Part shown: one piece after another, positions 1-13,385 of the stretch
Numbering within the stretch: the first letter of the stretch is position 1
Layout: every line of letters begins with the position of its first letter
Source of the DNA: the human T2T-CHM13v2.0 reference genome, Homo sapiens
DNA length: 64,000 bases
Assembly (NCBI RefSeq): GCF_009914755.1
Contig: NC_060933.1
Strand: one strand, 5' to 3'
Notes under the pieces: generated by a model
Database searches by the model: none
What the model saw: the letters and a program-made list of their open reading frames with translations, nothing else
Told to the model about the DNA's origin: nothing
Made by a program: the position numbers and the translations under genes

Positions 1-3000
1 ACGGGTTCATTCCATTCCATTCCATTCCATTCCATTCCATTCCATTCCATTCCATTCCATTTCGTTCCATTCCATTCTATTCCGTACCATTCCATTCCAT
101 TCCATTCCATTCCATTCCATGCCATTCCACTCGGTTTTTTCCATTCCTTTCCATTCCATTCGGGTTGAATCCATTCCTTTCCATTCCATTCCGTTCAATT
201 CCATTCCATTGCACTCGGGTTGATTCCATTCCATTCCATGCCATTCCATTTCATTCCGTTCCATTCCATTCCATTACTTTCGGATTGATTCTTTTCAATT
301 CCCTTACACTCCATTTCATTCCATTCCATTCGGGTAGTTTCCTTTCCATTCCATTCCATTCCACTCCATTGCATTGCACTCGGGTTGATAGATTCCATTC
401 CATTCCATTCCATTCCATTCCATTCCATTCCATTCCATTCCGGATGAATCCATTCCATTGCATTCCATTCCATTCCATTCCCCTGCACACGGGTTGATTC
501 CATTCCATTCCATTCCATTCCATTCCGTTCCATTCCATTCCATTCCATTCCATTCTGTTCAGGTTAATTCCATTCCATTCCATTCCATTCCATTCCATTC
601 CATTCCATTCCATTCCATTGCAATCGAGTTGTTTCCATTGCATTCCTTTCCATTCCATTCCATTGCATTCCATTGCATTCCATTCCCATGCACTCAGGTT
701 GATTCCATTCCATTCCATTCCATTCCATTCCATTCCATTCCGGATGATTCCATTCCATTGCCTTCCATTCCACTCCATTCCCCTGCACTCGGGTTGATTC
801 CATTCCATTCCATTCCATTCCATTCCATTCCATTCCATTCCATTCCATTCAACTGCACTAGGTTTGATTCCATTCCACTGCATTCCATTCCATTCCATTC
901 CATTCCACTCCATTCCATTCCATTCCCCCGCACTCGGGTTCATTCCATTCCATTGCATTTACTTCCATTCCATTCCATTCCATTCCATTCCATTCCATTC
1001 CATTAGACTCCATTCCATGCCATTCCACTCGGTTTTATTCCATTCGTTTCCATTCCATTCGGGATGAATCCATTACATTCCATTACATTCGATTCCATTA
1101 CATTGCACTCGTGTTGATTCCATTCCATTCCATTCCATTCCATTCCATTCCATGCCATTCCACTCGGGTTGATTTCATTCCATTCCGTTCCATTCGAGTC
1201 GAACCCATTCCATTCCATTCCATTCCATTCCATTCCATTCCAATCCATTGCACACGGGTTCATTCCATTCCATTCCATTCCATTCCATTCCATTCCATTT
1301 CGTTCCATTCCATTCTATTCGGTACCATTCCATTCCATTCCATTCGGTACCATTCCATTCCATTCCATTCCAATCCATTCCATTCCATGCCATTCCACTT
1401 GGGTTGATTCCCTTCCTTTCCATTCCATTCGGGTTGAATCCATTCCATTCCATTCCATTCCATTCCATTCCATTCCATTCCATTCCATTCCTTTCAATTC
1501 CATTGCACACGGGTTGGTTCCATTCCATTCCTTTCCGTTCCATTCCGGATGACTCCATTCCATTGCATTCCATTCCATTCCATTCCCCTGCACTCGGGTT
1601 CATTACCTTCCATTCCATTTACTTCCATTCCATTCCATTCCATTCTATTCGGGTTAATTCCATTCCATTCCATTCCATTCTATTCGGGTTAATTCCATTC
1701 CATTCCATTCCATTCCATTCCATTCCATTCCATTCCATTCCATTCCATTGCAATCGAGTTGATTCCATTCCATTCCATTCAATTCCGGATGATTCCATTC
1801 CATTGCCTTCAATTCCATTCCATTCCCCTGCACTCGGGTTGATTCCATTCCATTCCATTCCATTCCATTCCATTCCATTCCATTCCATTTCATTCCATTC
1901 CATTTCGTTCCTTTCCATTCTATTCCGTACCATTCCATTCCATTCCATTCCATTCCATTCCATTCCATTCCATGCCATTCCACTCGGGTTGATTCCATTC
2001 CTTTCCATTCCATTCGAGTTGAATCCATTCCAATCCATTCCATTCCATTCGATTCCATTCCATTGCACACGGGTTCATTCTATTCCATTCCATTCCATTC
2101 CATTCCATTCCATTCCATTCCATTTCGTTCCATTCCATTATATTCCGTACCATTCCATTCCATTCCATTCCATTCCATTCCACTCCACTCCATGCCATTC
2201 CACTCGGGTTTATTCCATTCCTTTCCATTCCATTCGGGTTGAATCCATTCCATTCCATTCCATTCCATTCGATTCCATTACATTGCACTCGGGTTGATTC
2301 CATTCCTTTCCATTCCATTCCATTCCACTCCATTCCATGCCATTCCACGCGGGTTTATTCCATTCCTTTCCATTCCATTCGTGTTGAATCCATTCCATTC
2401 CATTCCATTCCATTCGATTCCATTACACTGCACTCGGGTTGATTCCATTCCATTCCATTACATTCCATTTCATTCCATTCCATTCCATTCCATTCCATTC
2501 CATTCCATTCCATTCCATGCCATTCCACTCGTGTTGATTCCATTCCTTTGCATTCCATTCGTGTTGAACCCATTCCATTCCATTCCATTCCATTGCACAC
2601 AGGTTCATTCCATTCCATTCCATTCCATTCCATTCCATTCCATTCCGTTCCATTCCATTCCATTCCATTCCATTCCATTCCATTCCATTTCGTTCCATTC
2701 CATTCTATTCTGTACCATTCCATTCCATTCCATTCCACTCCATTCCATGCCATTCCACTCGGGTTTATTCCATTCCTTTTCATTCCATTTGGGTTGAATC
2801 CATTCCATTCCATTCCATTCCTTTCGATTCCATTATATTGCACACGGGTTGATTCCATTCCATTCCATTCCGTTCCATTCAGGATGACTCCATTCCATTG
2901 CATTCCATTCCATTCCATTCCCCTGCACTCGGGTTCATTACATTCCATTCCATTCCCATCCACTCCATTCCATTCCATTCCATTCCATTCCATTTCAATC

Positions 3001-4284
3001 GAGTTGATTCCATTCCATTCCATTCCATTCCATTCCATTCCGGATGATTCCATTCCATTGCCTTCCATTCCACTCCATTCCCCTGCACTCGGGTTGATTC
3101 CATTCCATTCCATTCCATTCCATTCCATTCCATTCCATTTCTTTCCATTCCACTCTATTCCGTACCATTCCATTCCATTCCTTTCCATTCCAATCCATGC
3201 TATTCCACTCGGGTCGATTCCATTCCTTTCCATTCCATTCGAGTTGAATGCATTCCATTCCATTCCATTCCATTCGATTCCATTCCATTGCACACGGGTT
3301 CATTTCATTCCATTCCATTCCATTCCATTCCATTCCAATCCATTCCATTTCGTTCCATTCCATTCTATTCCGTACCATTCCATTCCATTCCATTCCATTC
3401 CATTCCACTGCATTCTATTGCACTCGGGTTGATTGACTCCATTCCATTGCATTCCATTCCATTCCATTCCATTCCATTCCATTCCATTCTGTTCAGGTTA
3501 ATTCCATTCCATTCCATTCCCTTCCATTCCATTCCATTCCATTCCATCCCATTGCAATCGAGGTGATTCCATTGCATTCCATTCCATTCCATTCCATTCC
3601 ATTGCATTCCCCTGCACTCAGATTGATTCCATTGCATTCCTTTCCATTCCATTCCGTTCCATTCCTTTCCATTCCATTCTATTTGCGTTAATTCCGTTCC
3701 ATTCCATTCCATTACATTCCTTTGCAATCGAGTTGATTCCATTCCATTCCATTCCATTCCATTCCATTCCATTCCATTCCATGCCATTCCACTCGGGTTG
3801 ATTCCATTCCTTTCCATTCCATTCGAGTTGAATCCATTCCATTCCATTCTATTCCATTCGATTCCATTCCATTGCTCACGTGTTCATTCCATTCCATTCC
3901 ATTCCATTCCATTCCATTCCATTCCATTTCTTTCCATTCCATTCTCTTCCGTAGTATTCCATTCCATTCCATTCCACTCCATTCCATGCCATTCCACTCG
4001 GGTTTATTCCATTCCTTTCCATTCCATTCGGGTTGAATTCATTCCATTCCATTCCACTCCATTCCATTCAATTCCATTACATTGCACTCGGGTTGATTCC
4101 ATTGCATTCCATTCCATTTCAATCCATTCCCTTCCATTCCATTTCATTCCATTCCATTCCATTCCATTCCATTCCATTCCATTCCATTCCATGCCATTCC
4201 ACTCGAGTTGATTCCATTACTTTCCATTCCATTCTAGTTGAACCCATTCCATTCCATTCCATTCCATTCCATTCCATTGCACAC
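1..4284 (+). repeat. HSat3 block 1, CATTC on + strand (variant domain A)
   Basis: CATTC orientation up to ...ccattgcacacgg at 4275-4286. Markers CATGCCATTCCACTCGGGTT and TGCACACGGGTTCA are frequent. Confidence 0.95.
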
Positions 4285-5261
4285 GGAATGGAATGGAATG
4301 GAAACAACCCGAATGGAATGGAATGTAATGGAGTGTAAGGGAATTGAATACAATCAATCCGAATGTAATGGAATGGAATGGAACGGAATGGAATGGAATG
4401 GAATGCAGTGGAATGGAATCAAACCTAGTGCAATGGAATGGAATGCAATGGAATGGAATGGAATGGAATGGAAGGGATTGGATTCAACCCAAATGGAATG
4501 GAAAGCAATGGAATCAAACCGAGTGGAATGGCATGGAATGGAATGGAATGGTACAGAATAGAATGGAATGGAACGAAATGGAATGGAATGGAATGGAATG
4601 GAACGGAATGGAATTAACGCGAGTAGAATGGAATGGAATGTAATGGAACGGAATGGAATGGAATGGGATGGAATGGAATCAATCTGAGTGCAGGGGAATG
4701 GAATGGAATGGAATGCAATGGAATGGAATGGAATGGAATGGAATGCAATGGAATCAACTAGATTGCAATGGGATGGAATGGAATGGAATGGAATGGAAGG
4801 GAATGGAATGGAATGAAATTAACCTGAACAGAATGGAATGGAATGGAATGGAACGGAATGGAAGGGAATGGAATGGAATGGAATTAACCTGAACAGAATG
4901 GAATAGAATGGAATGGAACGGAATGGAATGGAATGGAATGGAATGGAATGCAATGGAATGGGATCAACCCAAGTGCAGGGGAATGGAATGGAATGGAATG
5001 CAATGGAATGGAATCAATCAACCCGAGTGCAATAGAATGCAGTGGAATGGAATGGAATGGAATGGAAAGTACCCGAATGGAATGGAATGTAATGGAGTGT
5101 AAGGGAATTAAAAAGAATCAATCCGAATGTAATGGAATGGAATTGAAAGGAAAGGAATGGAAAGGAATGGAACGGAATGGAACGGGATGAAATGGAATGG
5201 CATAGAACGGAATGGAATCAACCCGAGCGCAATGGAATGGAATGGAATGGAATGGAATGGA
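1..5261 (+). repeat. Near-identical dispersed direct duplication, copy 1 (left end outside the window)
   Basis: ORF translations recur identically at offset 21184 (7..264 vs 21191..21448) and then 21189 (1248..2297 vs 22437..23486). The only difference noticed is 9 vs 10 CATTC units at 571-615 / 21755-21804. Confidence 0.93.
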
Positions 5262-7654
5262 ATGGAATGGAGTCAATCAACCCGAGTGCAATAGAATGCA
5301 GTGGAATGGAATGGAATGGAATGGAATGGAATGGTACGGAATAGAATGGAATGGAACGAAATGGAATGGATTGGAATGGAATGGAATGGAATGGAATGGA
5401 ATGAAATGAACCCGTGTGCAATGGAATGGAATCGAATGGAATGGAATGGAATGGAATGCATTCAACTCGAATGGAATGGAAAGGAATGGAATCGACCCGA
5501 GTGGAATAGCATGGATTGGAATGGAAAGGAATGGAATGGAATGGTACGGAATAGAGTGGAATGGAAAGAAATGGAATGGAATGGAATGGAATGGAATGGA
5601 ATGGAATGGAATCAACCCGAGTGCAGGGGAATGGAGTGGAATGGAAGGCAATGGAATGGAATCATCCGGAATGGAATGGAATGGAATGGAATGGAATGGA
5701 ATGGAATGGAATGGAATGATACGGAATAGAATGGAATGGAACGAAATGGAATGGAATGGAATGGAATGGAATGGAATGGAATGGAATGGAATGGTTCCGA
5801 GTGGAATAGGAGGGAATGTATTCGAGTGGAATGGAAAGGAATGGAATCAACCAGAGTGGAATGGAAGGGAATGGAATGCAATGGAAACTAATAGAATGGA
5901 ATCAACCCGAGTGGAATGGAATGGAAAGGACTGGAATGGAATGGAATGGAATGGAATCAACTCGATTGTAATGGAATGGAATGGAATGGAATGGAATGGA
6001 ATGGAATTAACCCGAATACAATGGAATGGAATGGAATGGAACGGAATGGAGTGGAATGGAATGGAATCAACCCGAGTGCAGGGGAATGGAATGGAATGGA
6101 ATGCAATGGAATGCAATCATCCGGAATGGAATGGAATGGAGTGGAATGCAAAGCAATGGAATCAACTCGATTGCAATGGAATGGAATGGAATGGAAAGGA
6201 ATACATTGGAATCAACCCGAGTGGAATGGAATGGAAAGGACTGGAATGGAGTGGAATGGAATAGAATGGACTGGAATGGAATGGAATGGAATCAACTCGA
6301 TTGGAATGGAATGGAATGGAATGGAATGGAATGGAATTAACCCGAATAGAATGGAATGGAATGGAATGGAACGGAACGGAACGGAACGGAACGGAACGGA
6401 ATGGAATGGAATGGAATGGAATGGAACGGAACGGAACGGAATGGAATGGAAAGGAATGGAATGGAAAGGAATCAACGTGAGTGCAGGGGAATGGAATGGA
6501 ATGGAATGAAATGGAATGGAATCTTACGGAATGGAATGGAATGGAATGGATTAGAATGGAATGGAATGGAATGGAATGGAATCAACCCGAGTACAGGGGA
6601 ATGGAATGGAATGTAATGCAATGGAATGGAATCATCCGTAATGGAATGTAAAGGAATGGAATGGAATGGAATGGAATGGAATGGAATGGAATGCAATGGA
6701 TTCAACTCGATTGCAATGAAATGGAATAGAATGGAATGGAATGGAATGGAATGGAATGGAATTAACCCGAATAGAATGGAATGGAATGGTATGGAACGGA
6801 ACGGAACGGAAAGTAACCGAATGGAATGGAATGGAATGGAATGGAATGGAATGGAATGGAATGGAATGGTACAGAATAGAATGGAATGGAAAGAATTGGA
6901 ATGGAATGGAATCGAATGGAATGGAATCGAATGGAATGGAATGGAATGGAATGCAATGGAATGGAATGGAACCAACCCGAGTGCCATGGAATGGATTGGA
7001 ATGGAATGGAATGGAATGGAACAACCCGAATGGAATGGAATGTAATGGAGAGTAAGGGAGTTGAATAGAATCAATCCGAATGTAATGGAATGGAATGGAA
7101 CGGAATGGAATGGAATGTAATGGAATGGAATGCAATGGAATGGAATCAACCCGAGTACAATGGAATGGAATGGAATGGAATGGAATGGAATGGAATGGAA
7201 TGGAATGGAATCAACCCGAGTGCAATGGAATAGAGAGGAAAGGAATGGAATGGAATGGAAACTACCCGAATGGAATGGAATGTAATGAAGTGTAAGGGAA
7301 TTGAATAGAATCAATCCGAATGGAATGGAATGTAATGGAACGGAATGTAATGTAATGGACTGCAATGGAATCAACCCGAGTGCAGGGGAATGGAATGGAA
7401 TGGAATGCAATGGAATGGAATCATCCGGAATGGAATGGAATGGAATGGAATAGAATCAACCCGAGTGCAAAGGAATGGAGTGAAATGGAATGGAATGGAA
7501 TGGAAACAACCAGAATGGATTGGAATATAATGGAGTGTAAGGGAATTGAATAGAATCAATCTGAATGTAATGAAATGGAATGGAACGGAAAGGAATGGAA
7601 TGGAATGGAATGGAATGGAATGGAATGCAATGGAATGGAATCAACCCGAGTGCA
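4285..7654 (-). repeat. HSat3 block 2, inverted (GGAAT on + strand), ~3.37 kb, mosaic of three segments
   Basis: GGAAT orientation begins at 4285 and ends at caacccgagTGCA (7651-7654), after which ttccattgc resumes. Confidence 0.95.
5261..5702 (-). repeat. 442-bp inverted copy of 3007-3448 (equivalently 24196-24637)
   Basis: ORF 5301..5729(+) is identical to 2995..3408(-) over most of its length, and paired coordinates sum to 8709. Rare markers are mirrored: gattgactcc/ggagtcaatc, gggtcgattc/gaatcgaccc, catgctattc/gaatagcatg. Confidence 0.9.
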
Positions 7655-9724
7655 TTCCATTGCATTCTGGTTGTTTCCATTCCATTCCATTCCATTTCAG
7701 TCCATTCCATTGCACTCAGGTTGATTCCATTCCATTCCATTCCATTGCATTCCATTCCATTCCATTCCGGATGATTCCATTCCATTGCATTCCATTCCAT
7801 TCCATTCCCCTGCACTCGGGTTGATTCCATTCCATTCCATTACATTACATTCCGTTCCATACCATTCCATTCCTTTCGGATTGATTCTATTCAATTCCCT
7901 TACACTCCATTACATTCCATTCCATTCGGGTAGTTTCCATTCCATTCCATTCCATTCCTCTCCATTCCATTGCACTCGGGTTGATTCCATTCCATTCCAT
8001 TCCATTCCATTCCATTCCATTCCATTCCATTCCATTCCATTCCATTACATTACATTATATTCCGTTCCATTGTACTCGGGTTGATTCCATTCCATTGCAT
8101 TCCATTCCATTCCATTCCATTCCATTCCGTTCCATTCCATTACATTCGGATTGATTCTATTGAACTCCCTTACTCTCCATTACATTCCATTCCATTCGGG
8201 TTGTTCTATTCCATTCCATTCCGTTCCACTCCATTCCATTGCACACGGGTTGATTCCATTCCATTCCATTCCATTCCATTCCATTCCAGTCCATTCCATT
8301 CCGGATGATTCCATTCCATTGCATTCCTTTCCATTACATTCCCCTGCACTCGGGTTGATTCCATTCCATTCCATTCCATTCCATTCGATTCCATTCCATT
8401 CCAATTCTTTCCATTCCATTCTATTCCGTACCATGCCATTCCATTCCATACAATTCAATTCCATTCCATTCTATTCCGTACCATGCCATTCCATTCCATA
8501 CAATTCCATTCCATTCCATTCCACTCCGTTCCGTTCCGTTCCGTTCCGTTCGGTTCCATTCCATTCCATTCCATTCTATTCGGTTTAATTCCATTCCATT
8601 CCATTCCATTCTATTCTATTCCATTGCAATCGAGTTGAATCCATTGCATTCCATTCAATTCCATTCCATTCCATTCCATTCCGTAAGATTCCATTCCATT
8701 GCATTCCATTCCATTCCATTCCATTCCATTCCATTCCATTCCATTCCATTCCATTGTACTCGGGTTGATTCCATTCCATTGCATTCCATTCAATTCCATT
8801 CCATTCCATTCCGTTCCATTCCATTCCATTACATTCGGATTGATTCTTTTCAACTCCCTTACTCTCCATTGCATTCCATTCCATTCGGGTTGTTCCATTC
8901 CATTCCATTCCATTCCACTCCATTCCATTGCACTCGGGTTGATTCCATTCCATTCCATTCCATTCCATTCCGGATGATTCCATTCCATTGCATTCCGTTC
9001 CATTACATTCCCCTGCACTCGGGTTGATTCCATTCCATTCCATTCCATTCCATTCCATTCCATTCCCCTGCACTCGCGTTGATTCCATTCCATTCCATTC
9101 CATTCCATTCCATTCCTTTCCATTCCAGTCCTTTCCATTCCATTCCATTCGGGTTGATTCCATTCTATTAGTTTCCATTCCATTCCATTCCCTTCCATTC
9201 TACTCTGGTTGATTCCATTCCTTTCAATTCCACTCGAATACATTCCCTCCTATTCCACTCGGAACGATTCCATTCCATTCCATTCCATTCCATTCCATTC
9301 CATTCCATTCCATTCCATTCCATTTCGTTCCATTCCATTCTATTCCGTATCATTCCATTCCATTCCATTCCATTCCATTCCATTCCATTCCATTCGTGTT
9401 GATTCCATTCCTTTCCATTCCATTCGGTTTGAAGGCATTCCAATCCATTCCATTCCCTTCCATTCCATTCCATTCCATTCCATTCCATTCCATTCCATTG
9501 TACTCGGGTTGATTCCATTCCATTGCATTCCATTCCATTCCATTCCATTCCATTCCATTCCATTCCATTCCGTTGCATTCTGTTCCATTACATTCAGATT
9601 GATTCTATTCAACTCCCTTACTCTCCATTACATTCCATTCCATTCGGGTTGTTCCATTCCATTCCATTCCATTCCACTCCATTCCATTGCACTCGGGTTG
9701 ATTCCATTCCATTCCATTCCATTC

Positions 9725-12700
9725 CATTCCATTCCATTCCATTCCATTCCGGATGATTCCATTCCATTGCATTCCATTCCATTACATTCCCCTGCACTCG
9801 GGTTGATTCCATTCCATTCCACTCCATTCCGTTCCATTCCATTCCATTCCATTGTATTCGGGTTAATTCCATTCCATTCCATTCCATTCCATTCCATTCC
9901 ATTCCATTCCATTACTATCGAGTTGATTCCATTCCATTCCATTCCATTCCAGTCCTTTCCATTCCATTCCACTCGGGTTGATTCCATTCTATTAGATTCC
10001 ATTCCATTCCATTCCCTTCCATTCCACTCTGGTTGATACCATTCCTTTCCATTCCACTCGAATACATTCCCTCCTATTCCACTCGGAACGATTCCATTCC
10101 ATTCCATTCCATTCCATTCCATTCCATTCCATTCCATTCCATTCCATTTCGTTCCATTCCATTCTATTCCCTATCATTCCATTCCATTCCATTCCATTCC
10201 ATTCCATTCCATTCCATTCCATTCCATTACATTGTACTCAGGTTGATTCAATTCCATTGCATTCCATTCCATTCCATTCCATTCCATTCCATTCCATTCC
10301 ATTCCGTTCTATTCCATTCCATTACATTCGGATTGATTCTATTCAACTCCCTTACTCTCCATTACATTCCATTCCATTCGGGTTGTTCCATTCCATTCCA
10401 TTCCATTCCACTCCATTCCATTGCACTCGGGTTGATTCCATTCCATTCCATTCCATTCCATTCCATTCCATTCCATTCCATTCCATTCCGAATGATTCCA
10501 TTCCATTGCATTCCGTTCCATTACATTCCCCTGTACTCGCGTTGATTCCATTCCATTCCATTCAATTCCGTTCCATTACAATTCGTTCCATTCCATTCTA
10601 TTCCGTACAATTCCATTCCTTTCCATACCATTCCATTCCATTCCATTCCATTCCATTCCATTCCGTTGCATTCCGTTCCATTCCATTCCATTCCATTCTA
10701 CTCGGATTAATTCCATTCCATTCCATTCCATTCCATTCCATTCCATTCTATTCCATTCCATTGCAATCGAGTTGAATCCATTGCATTCCATTCCATTCCA
10801 TTCCATTCCATTCCATTCCATTCCATTCCGGAAGATTCCATTCCATTGCATTCCATTCCATTCCATTCCCCTGCACTCGCGTTGATTCCATTCCATTCCA
10901 TTCCATTCCATTCCATTCCGTTCCGTACCATTCCATTCCATTCCATTCCATTCCATTCCGTTCCATTCCATTCCATTCCATTCTATTCGGGTTAATTCCA
11001 TTCCATTCCATTCGATTGCAATCGAGTTGATTCCATTCCATTCTATTCCATTCCATTCCATTCCATTCCATTCCTTTCCATTCCATTACGGATGATTCCA
11101 TTCCATTGCATTCCATTCCATTCCATTCCCCTGTACTCGGGTTGATTCCATTGCATTCCATTCCAATCCATGCCATTCCACTCGTGTTGATTCCATTCTT
11201 TCCATTCCATTCAAGTTGAATCCATTCCATTGCATTCCATTCCATTCCATTCCCCTGCAGTCGGGTTGATTCCATTCCCTTCCATTCGATTCCATTCCAT
11301 TCCATTCCGTTCCGTTCCGTTCCATTCCATTCCATTCCATTCTATTCGGGTTAATTCCATTCCATTCCATTGCATTCCATTCCAATCGAGTTGATTCCAT
11401 TCCATTCCATTCCATTCCATTCCACTCCATTCCAGTCCTTTCCATTCCATTCCACTCGGGTTGATTCCAATGTATTCCTTTCCATTCCATTCCATTCCAT
11501 TGCATTCCGTTCCATTACATTCCCCTGCACTCGCGTTGATTCCATTCCATTCCATTCCATTCCATTCAATTCCATTCCATTACAATTCGTTCCATTCCAT
11601 TCTATTCCGTACCATTCCAATCCATTCCATTCCAATCGAGTTGATTCCTTTCCATTCCATTCCATTCCATTCCACTCCATTCCAGTCCTTTCCATTCCAT
11701 TCCACTCGGGGTGATTCCAATGTATTCCTTTCCATTCCATTCCATTCCATTGCAATCGAGTTGATTCCATTGCTTTGCATTCCATTCCATTCCATTCCAT
11801 TCCGGATGATTCCATTCCATTGCATTCCATTCCATTCCATTCCCCTGCACTCGGGTTGATTCCATTCCATTCCACTCCATTCCGTACCATTCCATTCCAT
11901 TCCATTCCATTGTATTCGGGTTAATTCCATTCCATTCCATTCCATTCCATTCCATTCCATTCCATTGCAATCGAGTTGATTCCATTCCATTTCATTCCAT
12001 TCCATTCCATTACATTCCATTCCAATCGAGTTGATTCCATTCCATTTCATTCCATTCCATTCCATTCCATTCCATTCCATTCCATTCCAGTCCTTTCCAT
12101 TCCATTCCACTCGGGTTGATTCCATTCTATTAGTTTCCATTCCATTCCATTCTCTTCCATTCCACTCTGGGTGATTCCATTCCTTTCCATTCCACTCGAA
12201 TACATTCCCTCCTATTCTACTCGGAACGATTCCATTCCATTCCATTCCATTCCATTCCATTCCATTCCATTCCATTCCATTTCGTTCCATTCCATTCTGT
12301 TCCGTATCATTCCATTCCATTCCATTCCATTCCCTTTCATTCCATTCCATTACATTCCACTCGTGTTGATTCCATTCCTTTCCATTCCATTCGGTTTGAA
12401 GGCATTCCATTCCATTCCATTCCATTCCATTCCATTCCATTGTACTCGGGTTGATTCCATTCCATTGCATTCCATTCCATTCCAATCCGTTGCATTCCAT
12501 TCCATTACATTCGGATTGATTCTATTCAACTCCCTTACTCTCCATTACATTCCATTCCATTCGGGTTGTTCCATTCCATTCCATTCCGTTCCACTCCATT
12601 CCATTGCACTCGGGTTGATTCCATTCCATTCCATTCCATTCCATTCCATTCCGGATGATTCCGTTCCATTGCATTCCGTTCCATTACATTCCCCTGCACT

Positions 12701-13385
12701 CGCGTTGATTCCATTCCATTCCATTCCATTCCATTCCATTCAATTCCATTCTATTACAATTCGTTCCATTCCATTCTATTCCGTAGCATTCCATTCCATT
12801 CCATACCATTCCATTCCATTCCATTCCATTCCATTCCATTCCGTTCCGTTCCATTCCGTTCCATTCCATTCCATTCCATTCTATTCGGGTTAATTCCATT
12901 CCATTCCATTCCAATCTATTCCATTCCATTGCAATCGAGTTGAATCCATTGCATTTCAATCCATTCCATTCCATTCCATTCCATTCCATTCCATTGCAAT
13001 CGAGTTGAATCCATTGCATTTCATTCCATTCCATTCCATTCCATTCCATTCCGGAAGATTCCATTCCATTGCATTCCATTCCATTCCATTCCCCTGCACT
13101 CGCGTTGATTCCATTCCATTCCATTCCATTCCATTCCGTTCCGTTCCGTTCCATTTCATTCCATTCCATTCCATTCCATTCAGTTCCGTTCCATTCCATT
13201 CCATTCCATTCTATTCGCGTTAATTCCATTCCATTCCATTCGATTGCAATCGAGTTGATTCCATTCCATTCCATTCCATTCCGTTCCGGATGATTCCATT
13301 CTATTGCATTCCATTCCATTCCATTCCCCTGCAGTCGGGTTGATTCCATTCCATTCCATTCCATTCCATTCCATTCCATTCCATT
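9725..13385 (+). repeat. ~3.6 kb diverged direct duplication, copy 1
   Basis: Shared private variants (tattagattcc, ggttgatacc, gtactcaggttgattcaa, ccgaatgattcc, ccgtagcattcc) recur at offsets 5496, then 5451, then 5376. Example: ORF 11086..11505 = 16537..16956. Confidence 0.85.
10826..10838. promoter_or_regulatory. Perfect three-unit heat-shock element TTCcgGAAgaTTC (representative of ~30 copies between 10826 and 62042)
   Basis: aTTCc-gGAAg-aTTCc matches the HSF consensus of three alternately oriented nGAAn units. Motif match only; occupancy is not shown by the sequence. Confidence 0.6.

Noticed and set aside
4285-7654. Site-specific invertible switch flanked by recombinase sites
   Set aside because: The two ends are not reciprocal products of one inversion: the junction sequences differ, and the left one is duplicated at 25474. 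No recombinase is encoded.
9725-13385. Identification as the Y-chromosome DYZ1 ~3.6 kb unit
   Set aside because: The size similarity is coincidental: there are two non-adjacent copies only and no sustained 3.6 kb tandem period.
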